A stretch of DNA of 52,162 nt from a virus (IMGVR_UViG_3300043449_000682:1-52162); one strand, 5' to 3'; shown: positions 1-9,425, numbered from the stretch's first letter. The notes: generated by a model from the letters alone, not told the origin. Numbers and translations are program-made.

Positions 1-3
1 TTG

Positions 4-74
4 CAGAGTCTCTAGGAGTCGAACCTAGGCTTACCGCTTTGGAGACGGTAGTGCTTCCGTAACACTTAGACCCT
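4..74 (-). tRNA. trnW: tRNA-Trp (CCA)
   Basis: Reverse complement folds as a cloverleaf: AGGGTCT/AGACTCT acceptor, ACCGT-CTCCAAA-GCGGT anticodon arm, GGTTCGACTCC T-arm; no encoded CCA tail. Confidence 0.93.
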
Positions 75-78
75 AAGT

Positions 79-235
79 GCCAGCCACGGCTTTGGCTCTT
101 AACCTAAACCACCTGCTGGCTGTTATACCTAGTCACGACCACAGAGCCTGTCCATGAGCCTGAACACCTTCTCAAGATGCAGGTGACGCCTATTCGGTAT
201 AACAGATCTCAGTATAGATTGTTCAGACCTATACT
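79..235 (-). ncRNA. putative structured RNA in the tRNA-Gly/tRNA-Trp spacer
   Basis: Nested inverted repeats 120-129/196-205 (10 bp perfect) and 132-136/183-187, plus hairpins 79-84/115-120 and 211-217/229-235; no credible ORF. Confidence 0.45.
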
Positions 236-240
236 TCGAG

Positions 241-311
241 AGCGGATGATGAGAATCGAACTCACCCCTTCTGCTTGGAAGGCAGAGGCACTACCAATAT
301 GCAACATCCGC
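241..311 (-). tRNA. trnG: tRNA-Gly (TCC)
   Basis: GCGGATG/CATCCGC acceptor, TCTGC-CTTCCAA-GCAGA anticodon arm, GTTCGATTC T-loop, U discriminator. Confidence 0.95.
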
Positions 312-333
312 AATACTCTATTTAATTGTTTAG

Positions 334-407
334 TACATCTGGAAGGACTTGAACCTTCGGCTCTCCGCATATAAGGCGGGTACTCTAACCAACTGAGTTA
401 CAGATGT
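334..407 (-). tRNA. trnI: tRNA-Ile (TAT)
   Basis: ACATCTG/CAGATGT acceptor, CCGC-CTTATAT-GCGG anticodon arm, GGTTCAAGTCC T-arm. Confidence 0.9.
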
Positions 408-411
408 GTAG

Positions 412-485
412 TACACCAGGTAGGACTTGAACCTACGATAACCGAATTATGAGTTCGGGGCCTTGACCAACTTGGCTACTGGTGC
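412..485 (-). tRNA. tRNA with CAT anticodon (Ile2-like or elongator Met)
   Basis: GCACCAG/CTGGTGT acceptor, CCGAA-CTCATAA-TTCGG anticodon arm; lacks initiator GGG/CCC stem; C4:G69 and C5:G68 favour Ile2. Confidence 0.9.
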
Positions 486-491
486 TAGTCC

Positions 492-635
492 CTATTTAAT
501 TAATATTCCAAAAAATGTACCAATAAGAAAAGACATAATACCAACAGTCCAATAGTACTGCTTCTTTATGTGTTCTTTTATTATATACAACTTAATTTCT
601 TCTGGAATCTTTTTTAATTTATCATGATCAATCAT
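492..635 (-). CDS. small membrane protein (47 aa)
   Basis: Hand-translated MIDHDKLKK...GILIK*, hydrophobic C-terminus; below ORF-track cutoff. Confidence 0.55.
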   Translation of the reverse strand: MIDHDKLKKIPEEIKLYIIKEHIKKQYYWTVGIMSFLIGTFFGILIK

Positions 636-645
636 CTATAAGCCC

Positions 646-813
646 CTAAAGATTATTAGATGCTAAGAATAGAGACTGCTGAATGATCTGCTCTCTCAAG
701 AAAGCCTGCTTTCTTTCAAATTTAGAAAGTTGTGGCTTTGCTTGAATTCTTTTCTTGTTCTTGTTTGCTCGCTTAATCTTATGCTGCGATACTTTGTTGT
801 TAGACTGTTTCAT
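646..813 (-). CDS. small basic hypothetical protein
   Basis: Hand-translated MKQSNNKVSQHKIKRANKNKKR...; fits minus-strand gene packing. Confidence 0.5.
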   Translation of the reverse strand: MKQSNNKVSQHKIKRANKNKKRIQAKPQLSKFERKQAFLREQIIQQSLFLASNNL

Positions 814-818
814 TTATA

Positions 819-947
819 TCACTGGCTTTCTGCTACTTTGTCGCAAGGACAAATAATTGACTCTGGAAGTTCATGTACTTTTGTTACAATTGTAATCATG
901 GTGTTGCAATCAACACACTTATAGATTTTCTTAACTCGTTTGCTCAT
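819..947 (-). CDS. small zinc-ribbon-like protein
   Basis: MSKRVKKIYKCVDC...ICPCD; extended -10 just upstream of ATG. Confidence 0.55.
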   Translation of the reverse strand: MSKRVKKIYKCVDCNTMITIVTKVHELPESIICPCDKVAESQ

Positions 948-978
948 ATACTAATCATACCATATGAAGTTTTGTGTG

Positions 979-1434
979 TCAAGATTTGTCGCCATCCCAG
1001 GTACCTATCTTTGTGGTTGTAATACCATTAGCACCCCAAAGAGTAATTATGCTTGGGTTATCATCAACTGCATGAACTACATCCCAATACTTCTTAATCT
1101 CATTTAGTATATCTGCTTTAACCTCGTAGTCAGCCCTAAAATCACCATCTTTACGCATATAGAGCGCATTATGACCAATATCATTTTTAGCAAGCCAGTA
1201 CGATGTTAGCCCACGCCACTTCTCCATTCTAGATGTAACGACAAGAACATCCATCTGATCAAAGAAAGCATTGTTAAGCATTTCTAAGACTTCGATATTT
1301 GGCAGGGCATCCACAGAAGCCTCATGAAAGGCGCTGTAGTCCTTATTAGAGCCACGAACAAGGTGGATATATGGATCTACATTAGCGAGAGTCCCATCTA
1401 CATCAAATATGTATGCTGGTCTTTTTTGACTAAT
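979..1434 (-). CDS. HAD-family phosphatase (polynucleotide kinase/phosphatase C-terminal-like), probable ATT start
   Basis: Frame of ORF 979..1314 extends upstream to include IFDVDGTL (HAD motif I); also VVTSR, LYMR, VDDNP motifs. Confidence 0.8.
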   Translation of the reverse strand: MSQKRPAYIFDVDGTLANVDPYIHLVRGSNKDYSAFHEASVDALPNIEVLEMLNNAFFDQMDVLVVTSRMEKWRGLTSYWLAKNDIGHNALYMRKDGDFRADYEVKADILNEIKKYWDVVHAVDDNPSIITLWGANGITTTKIGTWDGDKS

Positions 1435-1775
1435 TTTGATCCACCTTATATGTCATTGCAACATAGCAAGCAACATACCCCATAACGAATGCTGGGATTA
1501 AAAATAGTGCATGAATCATTCAGTATCCTCCAATACTTTATTAAATAGTTTATCATCTTTAGGAACCCAAACCTTCTTGCCATCTTTCCAGACAGGCCAA
1601 TAGCCAAGGCTACGCCAGTCCATTGCCATTATCTTAGGATCTTTTGGCACACCATACCACCCCATCACTCATAGTTTGATGAATATCCCAGAATAGGGGG
1701 TCTTCTTTATAAGTTTTGCATTTTGAGCATTGATCAAGTTCCATATATTAATTATACTATGTGGAGTATATTAAG

Positions 1776-2774
1776 TCAAATGCTTTGATTTTGAAGGTTA
1801 TAGAAAAAGTCTGCAACATGATACTGCATATGAACTCCAGGATGAGCGCTAATATTGGTTTTTTTGCCATCTACAATAGAATAGTCAGAACCTCTAACCC
1901 ATTGTAAAGTATCCTTAAACTCAGAACCATGATCTAGGCTACAACTATCTTTTATAAAATGATTAACACCCTTGATATTATCTTTTGGGAAAAAAGGAGT
2001 ATATCTTTTTAATTGAAAATTGTTTAAGGCAGAAAGTTCTTGCATAATTTTAACTGTTGATATGTCCCAAGTTGTCCAGTATAGTTCTATGTTGTTTGTT
2101 AGACAAAACGCTTCTAGCATGTATATGGCATTCACAGCATTAAAAATTAGTTGATGTGGTGAAACTGCATCTTCTATGTATCTTTTATCTTTTATCTCCA
2201 TAAACATAGAACCTTCATGCATAGTAATTTTTGGATTACAAAATGTTACTATTAGTCCTTCATGATTTCCAAACTTATCTCTTTGTGTTTTCATTTGAGA
2301 AAAATCTGGATCAAACACAATCATACTTCTAAAAAAATCTGGAAACAAGCAAAAAATCTGTTTTGGCATCTTATTATTGACACAGTATTTTATAAGATTA
2401 AGACAAATACTTTCCACCGATGCTCCAGGGCTTCCTAAATTCATAACACTCTTATTCATCCTATTGCCTAAAAAGTTTGTCCATCTTCCTGATTCTGGAA
2501 CACCAAGGCCAAAAGTTATAGAGCATCCAGATGCAAGAACATCTGAGTTCTCATCAATTTCTCCACGAAATCCAAATCGATTGATTTTATAATCATTATG
2601 CTCATCAACTGTTCCAATAAACTTATAGTCTTTTGCATCTGAGACAACAGGCTCTTTTGCATTTGGCCCATAAAGTCCAAGATTGTCTGTGTTTGTAAAG
2701 TATTTTGTCAAATACCAACTAGTACTTGAACTTAGTTTGTAAAAACTTAGAATTTCTTTTGTTAAGGAGTCCAT
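1776..2774 (-). CDS. SGNH/GDSL-like hydrolase-fold protein
   Basis: GCSITFG and NLGSPGAS blocks, C-terminal HPG. Confidence 0.55.
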   Translation of the reverse strand: MDSLTKEILSFYKLSSSTSWYLTKYFTNTDNLGLYGPNAKEPVVSDAKDYKFIGTVDEHNDYKINRFGFRGEIDENSDVLASGCSITFGLGVPESGRWTNFLGNRMNKSVMNLGSPGASVESICLNLIKYCVNNKMPKQIFCLFPDFFRSMIVFDPDFSQMKTQRDKFGNHEGLIVTFCNPKITMHEGSMFMEIKDKRYIEDAVSPHQLIFNAVNAIYMLEAFCLTNNIELYWTTWDISTVKIMQELSALNNFQLKRYTPFFPKDNIKGVNHFIKDSCSLDHGSEFKDTLQWVRGSDYSIVDGKKTNISAHPGVHMQYHVADFFYNLQNQSI

Positions 2775-2800
2775 AATTAATTATACCACGAAGCCATAGT

Positions 2801-3352
2801 TTAATTAAACCTTATTGCTTTTGACAATAGTTTATTATAATAAAAGTAGCATAGGTCCATATTAAAATTGTCCAAATTTATTTTATTGTATCCTGGGATA
2901 ATTTTACTTGATCCTTTTGCCAATCCCCTAGCGTCGTAGTCTGTGTCATCAGGAAATTGTAGATATGATTTCTGGTCTATTTGAAGCAGTTCTAGTGCTT
3001 TCTCTATTACAGCATCTGGAATTGAAACTAAGTCTTTAAAGTCTATAACGTAGTCTGCCTCCTGAAACAAAAAATTATAAAACATGATATAGTTAGTTAT
3101 TATTTCATTTATCTTTGAGTCTGGAGTATCGAATCCTTGAATTCTTTGCAGGGCTATCAAAGAAGTTATTGTGTCTTTTGGATCTCTTGCTATGGTTATA
3201 ATTTTTCTTATTTTTTTATTGTCTTTATCAAATGAAATATTTATGCTATGAGATCTTTGAATGTTAAACATTGTTTTTTCATTTACAAGTTTAGCGAAGT
3301 AGTGAGAACCACTTCTAGGAAATGTTACTAAGTGAGGCAGCAGTGTATCCAT
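2801..3352 (-). CDS. sulfotransferase-like protein
   Basis: TFPRSGSHY (5'-PSB-like loop) and IARDPKDTITS (3'-PB-like motif). Confidence 0.65.
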   Translation of the reverse strand: MDTLLPHLVTFPRSGSHYFAKLVNEKTMFNIQRSHSINISFDKDNKKIRKIITIARDPKDTITSLIALQRIQGFDTPDSKINEIITNYIMFYNFLFQEADYVIDFKDLVSIPDAVIEKALELLQIDQKSYLQFPDDTDYDARGLAKGSSKIIPGYNKINLDNFNMDLCYFYYNKLLSKAIRFN

Positions 3353-3894
3353 TAGAGAATAATCTTTCTTTCTAAAAGTTTATTGTAATAAAAGTAACAT
3401 AACTCCATGTTAAATTCTTCCAGGTTATGTCTTTTATATCCATTTAAAGTTTTGCTTGACTCTACATACTGTGCATGCTTTGTGTTATATTCTCTACTAA
3501 AAAGTGAATAATCCTGTTCAGTTATACCTAACAGGCCTAAAATTTTTTTTACTACAATATGCGGAGACTCTATAAGGTCTTTAAAATCTAAAACATAGTC
3601 TGCGTGTTCATTTAAGAAATTATACATGAGAATATATTCTGTCATCATTTGATTTATTCTTGTTGAGTCGCTTGGCCCAAACTCTTTTTCTGATAGTGCT
3701 ATATAAGAAGCAATGGTGTCGATTGGATCTCTTACTATTGTTATTATTGCTCTTTGTTTGTTATTATTTTTATCAAATAGGTTAGTTACAGTGTGAGACT
3801 TTTCAATACTAATCTGTACCTCTTTGTATATTATATCGTCAAGATAGTGAGATCCGCTTCTAGGAAATGTTACAAGGTGTGGCAAATGCTTCAC
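3352..3894 (-). CDS. sulfotransferase-like protein (tandem paralog)
   Basis: TFPRSGSHY, IVRDPIDTIAS; near-identical C-terminus FNMELCYFYYNKLL with neighbour. Confidence 0.65.
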   Translation of the reverse strand: MKHLPHLVTFPRSGSHYLDDIIYKEVQISIEKSHTVTNLFDKNNNKQRAIITIVRDPIDTIASYIALSEKEFGPSDSTRINQMMTEYILMYNFLNEHADYVLDFKDLIESPHIVVKKILGLLGITEQDYSLFSREYNTKHAQYVESSKTLNGYKRHNLEEFNMELCYFYYNKLLERKIIL

Positions 3895-4031
3895 GATATA
3901 AGGCCCATAGAAAGATGGTCTAAGCAGACATCTGCAATAATAAAGTCATCACGATTAACAACTACATCGTAATGTGTTGCATCTTTCTGACAAAAAAAGC
4001 ATTTGGATTTTTTCATAAAACAATTATACCA

Positions 4032-5459
4032 TTACACAAAGTCAAACCATAGTGGCATGATGTATCTTGAACCATTTGCTGATCCTACATGATACCAATA
4101 GTGAGCATTTCCAGGGAAGATAACCAAATCGCCAGCCTTTGGCTTAAACGATAAACTTTGATTAATAAAAGACAGTTCTCCACCATCATAATCATCATTT
4201 AGATATACCCATCCAGCCAAATGGTTTGAATCTTTACGACCCATATCATCTATTGCTACTGGGGCACTGTTCTTGTGCACCCACTGAGCGAATCTAGAAT
4301 TCCTTGGCTTGAGGTTTACACTAAACTCTTTTTCTAAAATAGATTTGATATCAGGTATATATTTTTCTGAATATGTAAGTGAGTCATAATATAGCAAAGA
4401 TAGAGCAGGCCACCCAGCATCATCGTTCTGAAGACGACGGTTATTGCTTGTCTCTGTACTATTAATCAACTCTATAATTTTTGTGCATTCATCTTTACTA
4501 AGGTAATCTCTGTATACCTTTACATTATCAGGATTACTTCCGATATTATTAAAGTTTTTTACTGTTAGGTCAGAGTATCCTATCACATTTCCTTCAGGAA
4601 TTACGATATCATTAAAGTTTTTTACCATATCCAACAACTTGCTGATGTCTTCTTGATCGGTATGAATCATAAAATCATAAACACCAAATTTTTCAGACAG
4701 GTTTCTTATTTGTGCAACAACATCTACCAATTTCCCTTTTATTAAATGATTTTGCTGTCTCACTGGGGCATTCTTATCATACTTAACATACTTTTCATCG
4801 TCTGGATGAGTAGTAATAAGTGGATCAATAATAACTATTGGCTTTACCTTATCTAGATCAATCTTATTAAACTGATCTCTAAACAAGAGGTTATCATCTA
4901 CATATATATACTCACAATGCTTATTTGCTATTTCAATTGTTGTGTCTGAAGACCCAACTACTGCCATATGCGTCTTATATTGATGCTTTTTCATCAAAGC
5001 CATGACCTTATCCATCCAGACTGCTGATACTGCAACCCTCTTTTCAAGAGTATCAATCAAAGATGAGTCATGCATGTAATGGTCTAATACTAGTTTTTCT
5101 GAAGGACCATTGCCTTCATCTCCCCATCTTCCAGCAACCATGTTTACTCCGATTCTTCCAGGAGCAAAACGATTTAATGTTTCACAAATTTTAGCAGCAT
5201 AGTCAGGGCTTACCCCATATGCTGGCAAAGCAATTGTCATAACTAACTGGTCTGTTTTTTGTAATGCTTCTTGGATAACCAAAGAAAAATCAATTCCACC
5301 TGGACCATATGGAAGCAAAACAGACTTTACGTTAGCACCATCTAATTCTTTTGCCATGCCAAGAATTCCATTAAGGTCTAGGTTCTCAATACTGTCATTG
5401 ATCTGCCAGTGCCTTCTCCACATCCAGTGAAATGTTATAGGCTTTTTTGTATTATCCAT
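4032..5459 (-). CDS. luciferase-like flavin monooxygenase fused to a 2OG-Fe(II) oxygenase-like domain
   Basis: N-terminal SsuD/LLM-like segment (IALPAYGVSPDYAAK..TLNRFAPGRIGVNMVAG); C-terminal YLNDDYDGGELSF..FPGN..GSRY. Confidence 0.7.
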   Translation of the reverse strand: MDNTKKPITFHWMWRRHWQINDSIENLDLNGILGMAKELDGANVKSVLLPYGPGGIDFSLVIQEALQKTDQLVMTIALPAYGVSPDYAAKICETLNRFAPGRIGVNMVAGRWGDEGNGPSEKLVLDHYMHDSSLIDTLEKRVAVSAVWMDKVMALMKKHQYKTHMAVVGSSDTTIEIANKHCEYIYVDDNLLFRDQFNKIDLDKVKPIVIIDPLITTHPDDEKYVKYDKNAPVRQQNHLIKGKLVDVVAQIRNLSEKFGVYDFMIHTDQEDISKLLDMVKNFNDIVIPEGNVIGYSDLTVKNFNNIGSNPDNVKVYRDYLSKDECTKIIELINSTETSNNRRLQNDDAGWPALSLLYYDSLTYSEKYIPDIKSILEKEFSVNLKPRNSRFAQWVHKNSAPVAIDDMGRKDSNHLAGWVYLNDDYDGGELSFINQSLSFKPKAGDLVIFPGNAHYWYHVGSANGSRYIMPLWFDFV

Positions 5460-5703
5460 TTTTTGCTACTCTTCCTTTTGTCTTAAACCAAGAACCTATC
5501 TTGGATTGTGCTACTTTACTTCTAAGAAGTTCACCAAAAGTATCGTGGGATATTTCTGAGCCAAGGTACTCTTGACCAGTTTCAAGGTCAATAAGTTTCC
5601 ATTTCCCTGGTGCTCTTGTGTGTAATATTAAGTCTATGGGGTAGTCGTAGTCATTTACTTCAGAACCATCCAAAAGCGTTCTCTTTTTAATATTATCTGT
5701 CAT
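5452..5703 (-). CDS. hypothetical protein
   Basis: ORF packed between two oxygenase genes. Confidence 0.7.
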   Translation of the reverse strand: MTDNIKKRTLLDGSEVNDYDYPIDLILHTRAPGKWKLIDLETGQEYLGSEISHDTFGELLRSKVAQSKIGSWFKTKGRVAKNG

Positions 5704-5704
5704 C

Positions 5705-6319
5705 TTAAACTATCGTAAACCAAATCGGTAGTGTATATCTGATTCCAGACAAAACTTCTTTAACTTCGTGCGGGTAGTGTAAATTGCCTGGGAATACAAC
5801 GAAGTCTCCAATATTAGGTTTAATAGAGACGCCGTGTAGTTCAAAACTAATCTCGCCACCTTCGTAGTCATTATTTAAATAAATCAGTACTGGTAAATGA
5901 TTATCTGTGACATATCCGAGATCATCAACATGTAGTTTTAGGTATGTTCCTTCTGTCCATTTAACAACGCTTAGGTGAGGCTCTTTTGCTCTAATTCTTT
6001 CTTTTTCAATACCATAAGATGTTGCTATCTGCTCTCTGCATCTTTCTATTATGTTGTTGATATCTTCTACACCGTTGTACTGGTGCATGTATGTTAAAGC
6101 ATTTCCATCGTGATCTTTTTGAGATACAAAACTAATTGAAGTCCTATTGTCTATATCTTTCATTAAATAGTCAATTTCTTCTTTTGTTAAGAAGTTAGGA
6201 ATGAGTTTAATATTTTCAGCAGAATTCCCGACTCTATGGAAAAATTCCATATACGATTCGTTTCTCGCTATGCTTGGTGGATCATTTCCAACTGGGATTC
6301 CGTTAACTATATAAGCCAT
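5705..6319 (-). CDS. 2OG-Fe(II) oxygenase (prolyl 4-hydroxylase-like)
   Basis: HVD..YLNNDYEGGEI..HEV..GIRY motifs; leaderless start after TATAAT. Confidence 0.85.
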   Translation of the reverse strand: MAYIVNGIPVGNDPPSIARNESYMEFFHRVGNSAENIKLIPNFLTKEEIDYLMKDIDNRTSISFVSQKDHDGNALTYMHQYNGVEDINNIIERCREQIATSYGIEKERIRAKEPHLSVVKWTEGTYLKLHVDDLGYVTDNHLPVLIYLNNDYEGGEISFELHGVSIKPNIGDFVVFPGNLHYPHEVKEVLSGIRYTLPIWFTIV

Positions 6320-6363
6320 ATAACCATTATACACTATGAGTAGATATGAAGTATAATTGATGA

Positions 6364-6678
6364 ATGACCCTACTGTATATATTGTATAGCCCCATACACC
6401 GTGCTATTAAAATTGGAATATCTGATGTGTCTGGAAGAAGGTTTGCAAGCCATAGGGCCAAGGGTTGGATATTAATCAAGTACTGGGCGTTTCCCGAACG
6501 GGATAAAGCAAGAGCAGTAGAATCCATATTAGTAAGAACACTTACCAATAAGCATGGACACTATCTAACTAAGGAAGATATGCCACAGGGAGGCTATACT
6601 GAGACATTTGATGCGTCTAAGATAACTCGAAAAGGCTTGATCCATATGGTTAATAAGGCTATAAAAGACCTATCCTGA
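6364..6678 (+). CDS. GIY-YIG-like (T5orf172-type) nuclease-domain protein
   Basis: LYILY..IKIGIS..RRF..H and GYTETF motifs. Confidence 0.6.
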   Translation: MTLLYILYSPIHRAIKIGISDVSGRRFASHRAKGWILIKYWAFPERDKARAVESILVRTLTNKHGHYLTKEDMPQGGYTETFDASKITRKGLIHMVNKAIKDLS

Positions 6679-6683
6679 TATCT

Positions 6684-7250
6684 TTATACTGGCTTTATAG
6701 ACACAGATAGGGCTTTGCTGTAAAACTCATAGAAAAATGATAGGTCAAGTTTTTCTACATATTCTCTTATCTCTTCATACTCATCAACCATTTTGCTAGA
6801 CACTAGGTGGCTAATTTCTGGAAGGTCTTTGATTGTGTTTTCTTGATACTCTTTACTAGTTATTGGCAAATTAATAATTTCTGCCACAGCCATAGTTGTT
6901 TCAAGAGGATGTGCCATTAAGTCTTTATAGTCTATCACAATATAAAAATCTTTGGTTATATCAACCTTCTTTGCTCCTTCAAGATATTCTTCTATGTCTT
7001 TTGTTATCTTGTTATTTCTGATATCATTAATAGTTTCATTGTTCTTATCATAAAATACGCTCATTGCCAACTTTGATGTTATTGCATCTGCTGGGTCTCT
7101 GGCTATTGTTATCATTTTGTTATCTTTAACTATGTGATATTTTTTTATATAAACACCAGTGTGCTGCAGAATTCTATCTTGAAGATAAAAAGATCCCGCT
7201 CTTGGTAGAGTAACTATAGAGTATTCAAGGTTTATCTTGTCGTATGTCAT
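6684..7250 (-). CDS. sulfotransferase-like protein (third paralog)
   Basis: TLPRAGSFY and IARDPADAITS motifs. Confidence 0.6.
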   Translation of the reverse strand: MTYDKINLEYSIVTLPRAGSFYLQDRILQHTGVYIKKYHIVKDNKMITIARDPADAITSKLAMSVFYDKNNETINDIRNNKITKDIEEYLEGAKKVDITKDFYIVIDYKDLMAHPLETTMAVAEIINLPITSKEYQENTIKDLPEISHLVSSKMVDEYEEIREYVEKLDLSFFYEFYSKALSVSIKPV

Positions 7251-7537
7251 GGCTTATTACATTTCGGACATTGTTTTGTAATCTCTTTGGTGCCGTAAGG
7301 TACCTGATACATTCCACCACAGTCAAAGCACAGCACATCAAGCATTATTGCCCCTGTTGTACTTTGTGTAGCAGGAAACACAGTATGTTCCATTCGTAGT
7401 TACCTGTGTCGCATTGGGTTGTCCGCAAATAGAGCATGTTAGTCCAGTCATTGTATAAGTATATCATGTGGTCAAGTTCGGCGAAAAATAGTCTTTAAAG
7501 TTCGGCGACGAATAGAGGTTAGAAACCTTTCAATGCC

Positions 7538-8035
7538 CTAGACGGGCAATATCGGTTGATATTCCTGATTTGCCCATTTCCTTAAATTACATAGTCCGTG
7601 TGCTGGTCTTACATTTTCTAGAGTATCTGAGCCACCCTTTGCAATAGGAACAAGATGATCGATATGCAAACCTTGCTCCCATCCATCAACCCCACATTTT
7701 CGGGGAGCCATAAAGTCAATGGCTAATCCACATAGGTAGCAATCAGTCCCATAAGAAGCAATAACCTGTAGTTCATTATAGTCGTTCGTAATCTTTGCTC
7801 TGCGTCGTCTGCTTTTAGATCGCTCTCGCTCTCTCACCTTATCAAGGTTTGAAGCACGATACTTGGCGGTTACATGAGCACGATTATTTTTGGCATATCG
7901 TAATCTATTATAGACACTTGATGCAGCCAAACACTCTATGCATGGTTTAGTCTTCTGGTTATGGTGTTTGCGATAGCCAGCATAGGTTCCACAGTTGGCA
8001 TATAGCCTATTGTCTATGTCGTTTTTTGTTTCCAT
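7538..8035 (-). CDS. HNH endonuclease
   Basis: CYLCG..HIDHLVPIAKGGSDTLENVRPAHGLCN. Confidence 0.92.
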   Translation of the reverse strand: METKNDIDNRLYANCGTYAGYRKHHNQKTKPCIECLAASSVYNRLRYAKNNRAHVTAKYRASNLDKVRERERSKSRRRRAKITNDYNELQVIASYGTDCYLCGLAIDFMAPRKCGVDGWEQGLHIDHLVPIAKGGSDTLENVRPAHGLCNLRKWANQEYQPILPV

Positions 8036-8118
8036 AGCGAGTCTTAACCTCAGCCTTAGCCTGATCTACAATAGCCTTTGTAATGTCTTCAACACTAAAC
8101 TCTTGGTCGAAGGTTTGT

Positions 8119-8325
8119 TCAGTATCCATTTAGGCACTCATTTCTTGTATGATATAGTCGAATCTTGGTCATTGTCTTTTTGTTTGGGGCATACAATTCT
8201 TCACCACAACAGGCAGTCTTAAGATACCACTCCTTAGCAAAGAAGTCATATATAAGACCCTTAGCGTCAGAGTATTTCTTGGCTACAAAGGTTTGAAATG
8301 GGTCTGGTATTTCCATATTGATCAT
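8119..8325 (-). CDS. hypothetical protein
   Basis: ORF with upstream TTGACA..GATACT promoter-like sequence. Confidence 0.6.
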   Translation of the reverse strand: MINMEIPDPFQTFVAKKYSDAKGLIYDFFAKEWYLKTACCGEELYAPNKKTMTKIRLYHTRNECLNGY

Positions 8326-8361
8326 AGATTAAGTATCCCACATTGGCCAAAGCATGTCAAG

Positions 8362-8389
8362 TGGATAGTTTATACTCATATCCAGGAGT
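8362..8389 (-). ncRNA. repeated H-type pseudoknot motif, copy 1
   Basis: ACTC-CTGGATA-T-GAGT-ATAAAC-TATCCA. Confidence 0.7.
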
Positions 8390-8780
8390 CTCAACCTTTA
8401 CTTTATACACGCTGTTGAGGTAGTCCGTGTCGGTTTTTCGTGGATAGTCACCTACCAAGAAAGGTTGTGAAGGTAATACTCACCATATGGCTTTCGGCTT
8501 CAATACAAGTATAGCGATTATTGCAGATAAAGTCAATAGGGTTAGTCTTCAGGATTAAAATAAGCCATAGCAGACCAGATATCGTTGTAATTATCTAGTT
8601 TGGCTTCTGTTTGATGCTCTTCGATTGTATTATTGTGGGTCATATAATAATTATATCACACACATTAAATCGCTAAAATTTCGGGGGATTTAGAGTGATG
8701 ATCGTAATCCCTAGTATAAGATATAAACCACTATAGGAACATATGCTGGATATGGGGAAATATCCGATGTATCGTAATCT

Positions 8781-8981
8781 TTATTTGCCGTTGGGTTTTA
8801 TAGAGTGTCTGTACTTCCAAACCTTTACACTGAATAAGACCTTTCCTCTGATGACAAACTCAAGTAAGAGATATGTCTTTCGTAATGAACGATCTACTTG
8901 GTACATACGAAAGATACCAGTGCGCTTTAGATATTTAGCCAGATAGTTATATTCCTTTGGACTCAGGTCATCATATATCAT
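8781..8981 (-). CDS. hypothetical protein
   Basis: MIYDDLSPKE... start directly after TGCTATACT extended -10. Confidence 0.45.
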   Translation of the reverse strand: MIYDDLSPKEYNYLAKYLKRTGIFRMYQVDRSLRKTYLLLEFVIRGKVLFSVKVWKYRHSIKPNGK

Positions 8982-8999
8982 GTACTTAGTATAGCAGGA

Positions 9000-9303
9000 A
9001 GTTATCCACAGGGCAAGGTGCTTGGATACCTTAAAATGGATCAAAATAAGGTGTTAGGATACCTTGGTTTGTTAGGCTTTGAATTAAAGTAAATGGCGTT
9101 TTACTTTAAAATAGAGAAATCTTTTAAAGTTTTGGACATAGTTATCCACAGGCTAGTCTCTAAATAGTTCGATTATCCCCCAAGTTATCGCTATGGCTGA
9201 TATGCCAATCATAGCGTAAACCCAGTAGATATACATTGTTGCAAAGTCCATTTGGTCATGATATCATGGTTTTGAATCATAGTTATCCACAGGTTTATCC
9301 ACA
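9000..9303 (+). promoter_or_regulatory. DnaA-box cluster (4 perfect TTATCCACA)
   Basis: 9002-9010, 9142-9150, 9283-9291, 9295-9303. Confidence 0.7.
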
Positions 9304-9425
9304 GATTAATCTTACTGATTATATATTTAGACATTCTAGAAGTGGAGCGATGTGGAGGATAGTGGAGCATAGAGCATATCATAGAAGGGGCGTAATGTCA
9401 AGCGGGGTTTTGAGGACTCTATCAC

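Noticed and set aside
177-374. Plus-strand ORF of 65 aa
   Set aside because: Antisense to tRNA-Gly and tRNA-Ile; its translation is a typical tRNA shadow
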